Assembly: GCA_964016885.1 (NCBI GenBank)
Contig: OZ024754.1
Span: 36,270,001-36,334,000, forward strand
Reading direction: 5' to 3'
Origin: Eledone cirrhosa
Lineage: Eukaryota
DNA: 64,000 bases
Below are positions 62,741-64,000 of the stretch, piece by piece (the stretch's first letter is position 1; every line of letters begins with the position of its first letter). The position numbers and the translations under genes are program-made. Below the pieces are notes generated by a model. It ran no database searches. It had not been told where the DNA came from and saw only the letters and a program-made list of their open reading frames with translations.

Positions 62741-62782
62741 GAGAATGAAAAGTGAAAACAGGCAAAATATATATAAACAGTA

Positions 62783-62855
<73 letters not shown>

Positions 62856-62887
62856 TAAACAGGTAAAACTCCAATTTTTGTACATAT

Positions 62888-62957
<70 letters not shown>

Positions 62958-63052
62958 AGGTGCACTTTTCAAACCCCTTTTTTAAAATCATTTTCCTTAC
63001 ATAATGTCATCTCTATATAACGTTTCCTAATGTCCACACTTTTTTCACTATA

Positions 63053-63136
<84 letters not shown>

Positions 63137-63294
63137 CATACGTATTAATGTATGTTATATATAAGTGTATTTGTATATATATATATTTTTTTTTAAATTT
63201 ATTTATTTATTTATTTATACACTCACAGACACACACAGGCACACACGCGCGCCTGTGTGTGCATGTGTGTGTGTGTGTGTGTGTGTACATACAT

Positions 63295-63347
<53 letters not shown>

Positions 63348-64000
63348 TCACACATATACACACACACACGTGTGTATGTATATGTGTAAGTGTGAATCAG
63401 ATAACTATCTGTAAAAAGTTATTTAAAAAAAGATTACTATATACACTCAAAAATACAGATAGATGTAAGCTGTAGGAGCTGAATTATTCCCCTTCCATAC
63501 GGGTAATTAGCGGAAAACGCCATTATCGACCACCAGGACAGAAATACTTTTTAAGGTGACAGACAGCCGTTCTTAACGCTATTTCTCATTGTTGTTTATT
63601 TTTTCAATTCTTTCAAAGATTTTCTCTATAAATATTTTAGGAAATATATTTTGTAGTGTTCCTTTTCTTTTTTTTTTCTTTTTTTTTTTCGAGCATGGTG
63701 TGGCGACGAGACTCCGAGGTGACTCGAGCAGTTGGTATGTTATGGTTAGGGTGGGAGAAAGAAATATGGAAGTCTGTGAAATTAGTTGATATTTTTCCCG
63801 GTTTAGGAGAGACGTCAACAATGTGGACAAAAAAGAAAATGGAAAAAAAAATAATAAATAACCTAAAAGGAAAGAAATGAAATGAAAAAAAAAAGAGAGA
63901 GAAATAATCGGATATTAAAGTGAGTTTCAATTTTAATACTCCACTTCCATAGCAGTAGACTAGCAGCAGATTATCAAGAACACACCAGAGGAACGGGGAA

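Overview
AT-rich, extremely microsatellite-dense eukaryotic non-coding DNA. The SINE/LINE mix and simple-repeat load suggest an octopus-like cephalopod genome (inference). I found no intact host protein-coding gene, and nearly all ORFs in the track are translations of (TA)n, (CA)n, (CATA)n or trinucleotide repeats. The window is a retroelement graveyard: R4/Dong-like REL LINEs, RTE and Tx1-like LINE 3' ends, tRNA-derived SINEs (Meta-, V- and CORE-type) and two decayed Penelope-like element (PLE) coding remnants (RT-GIY-YIG at ~38.4-39.3 kb; RT at ~62.2-62.7 kb). The most notable signal is at least 9 unrelated families of short non-coding microsatellite-anchored fold-back insertions. They share one asymmetric layout: microsatellite / short inverted arm / long arm + unique tail / microsatellite. 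Many carry minimal type-I hammerhead ribozyme (HHR) motifs with a palindromic stem III, some with ~100-nt stem II insertions, and inversion points tend to fall at the ribozyme. They are best read as inverted PLE pLTR ends or non-autonomous derivatives. All coordinates were read by eye and all folds are manual predictions.
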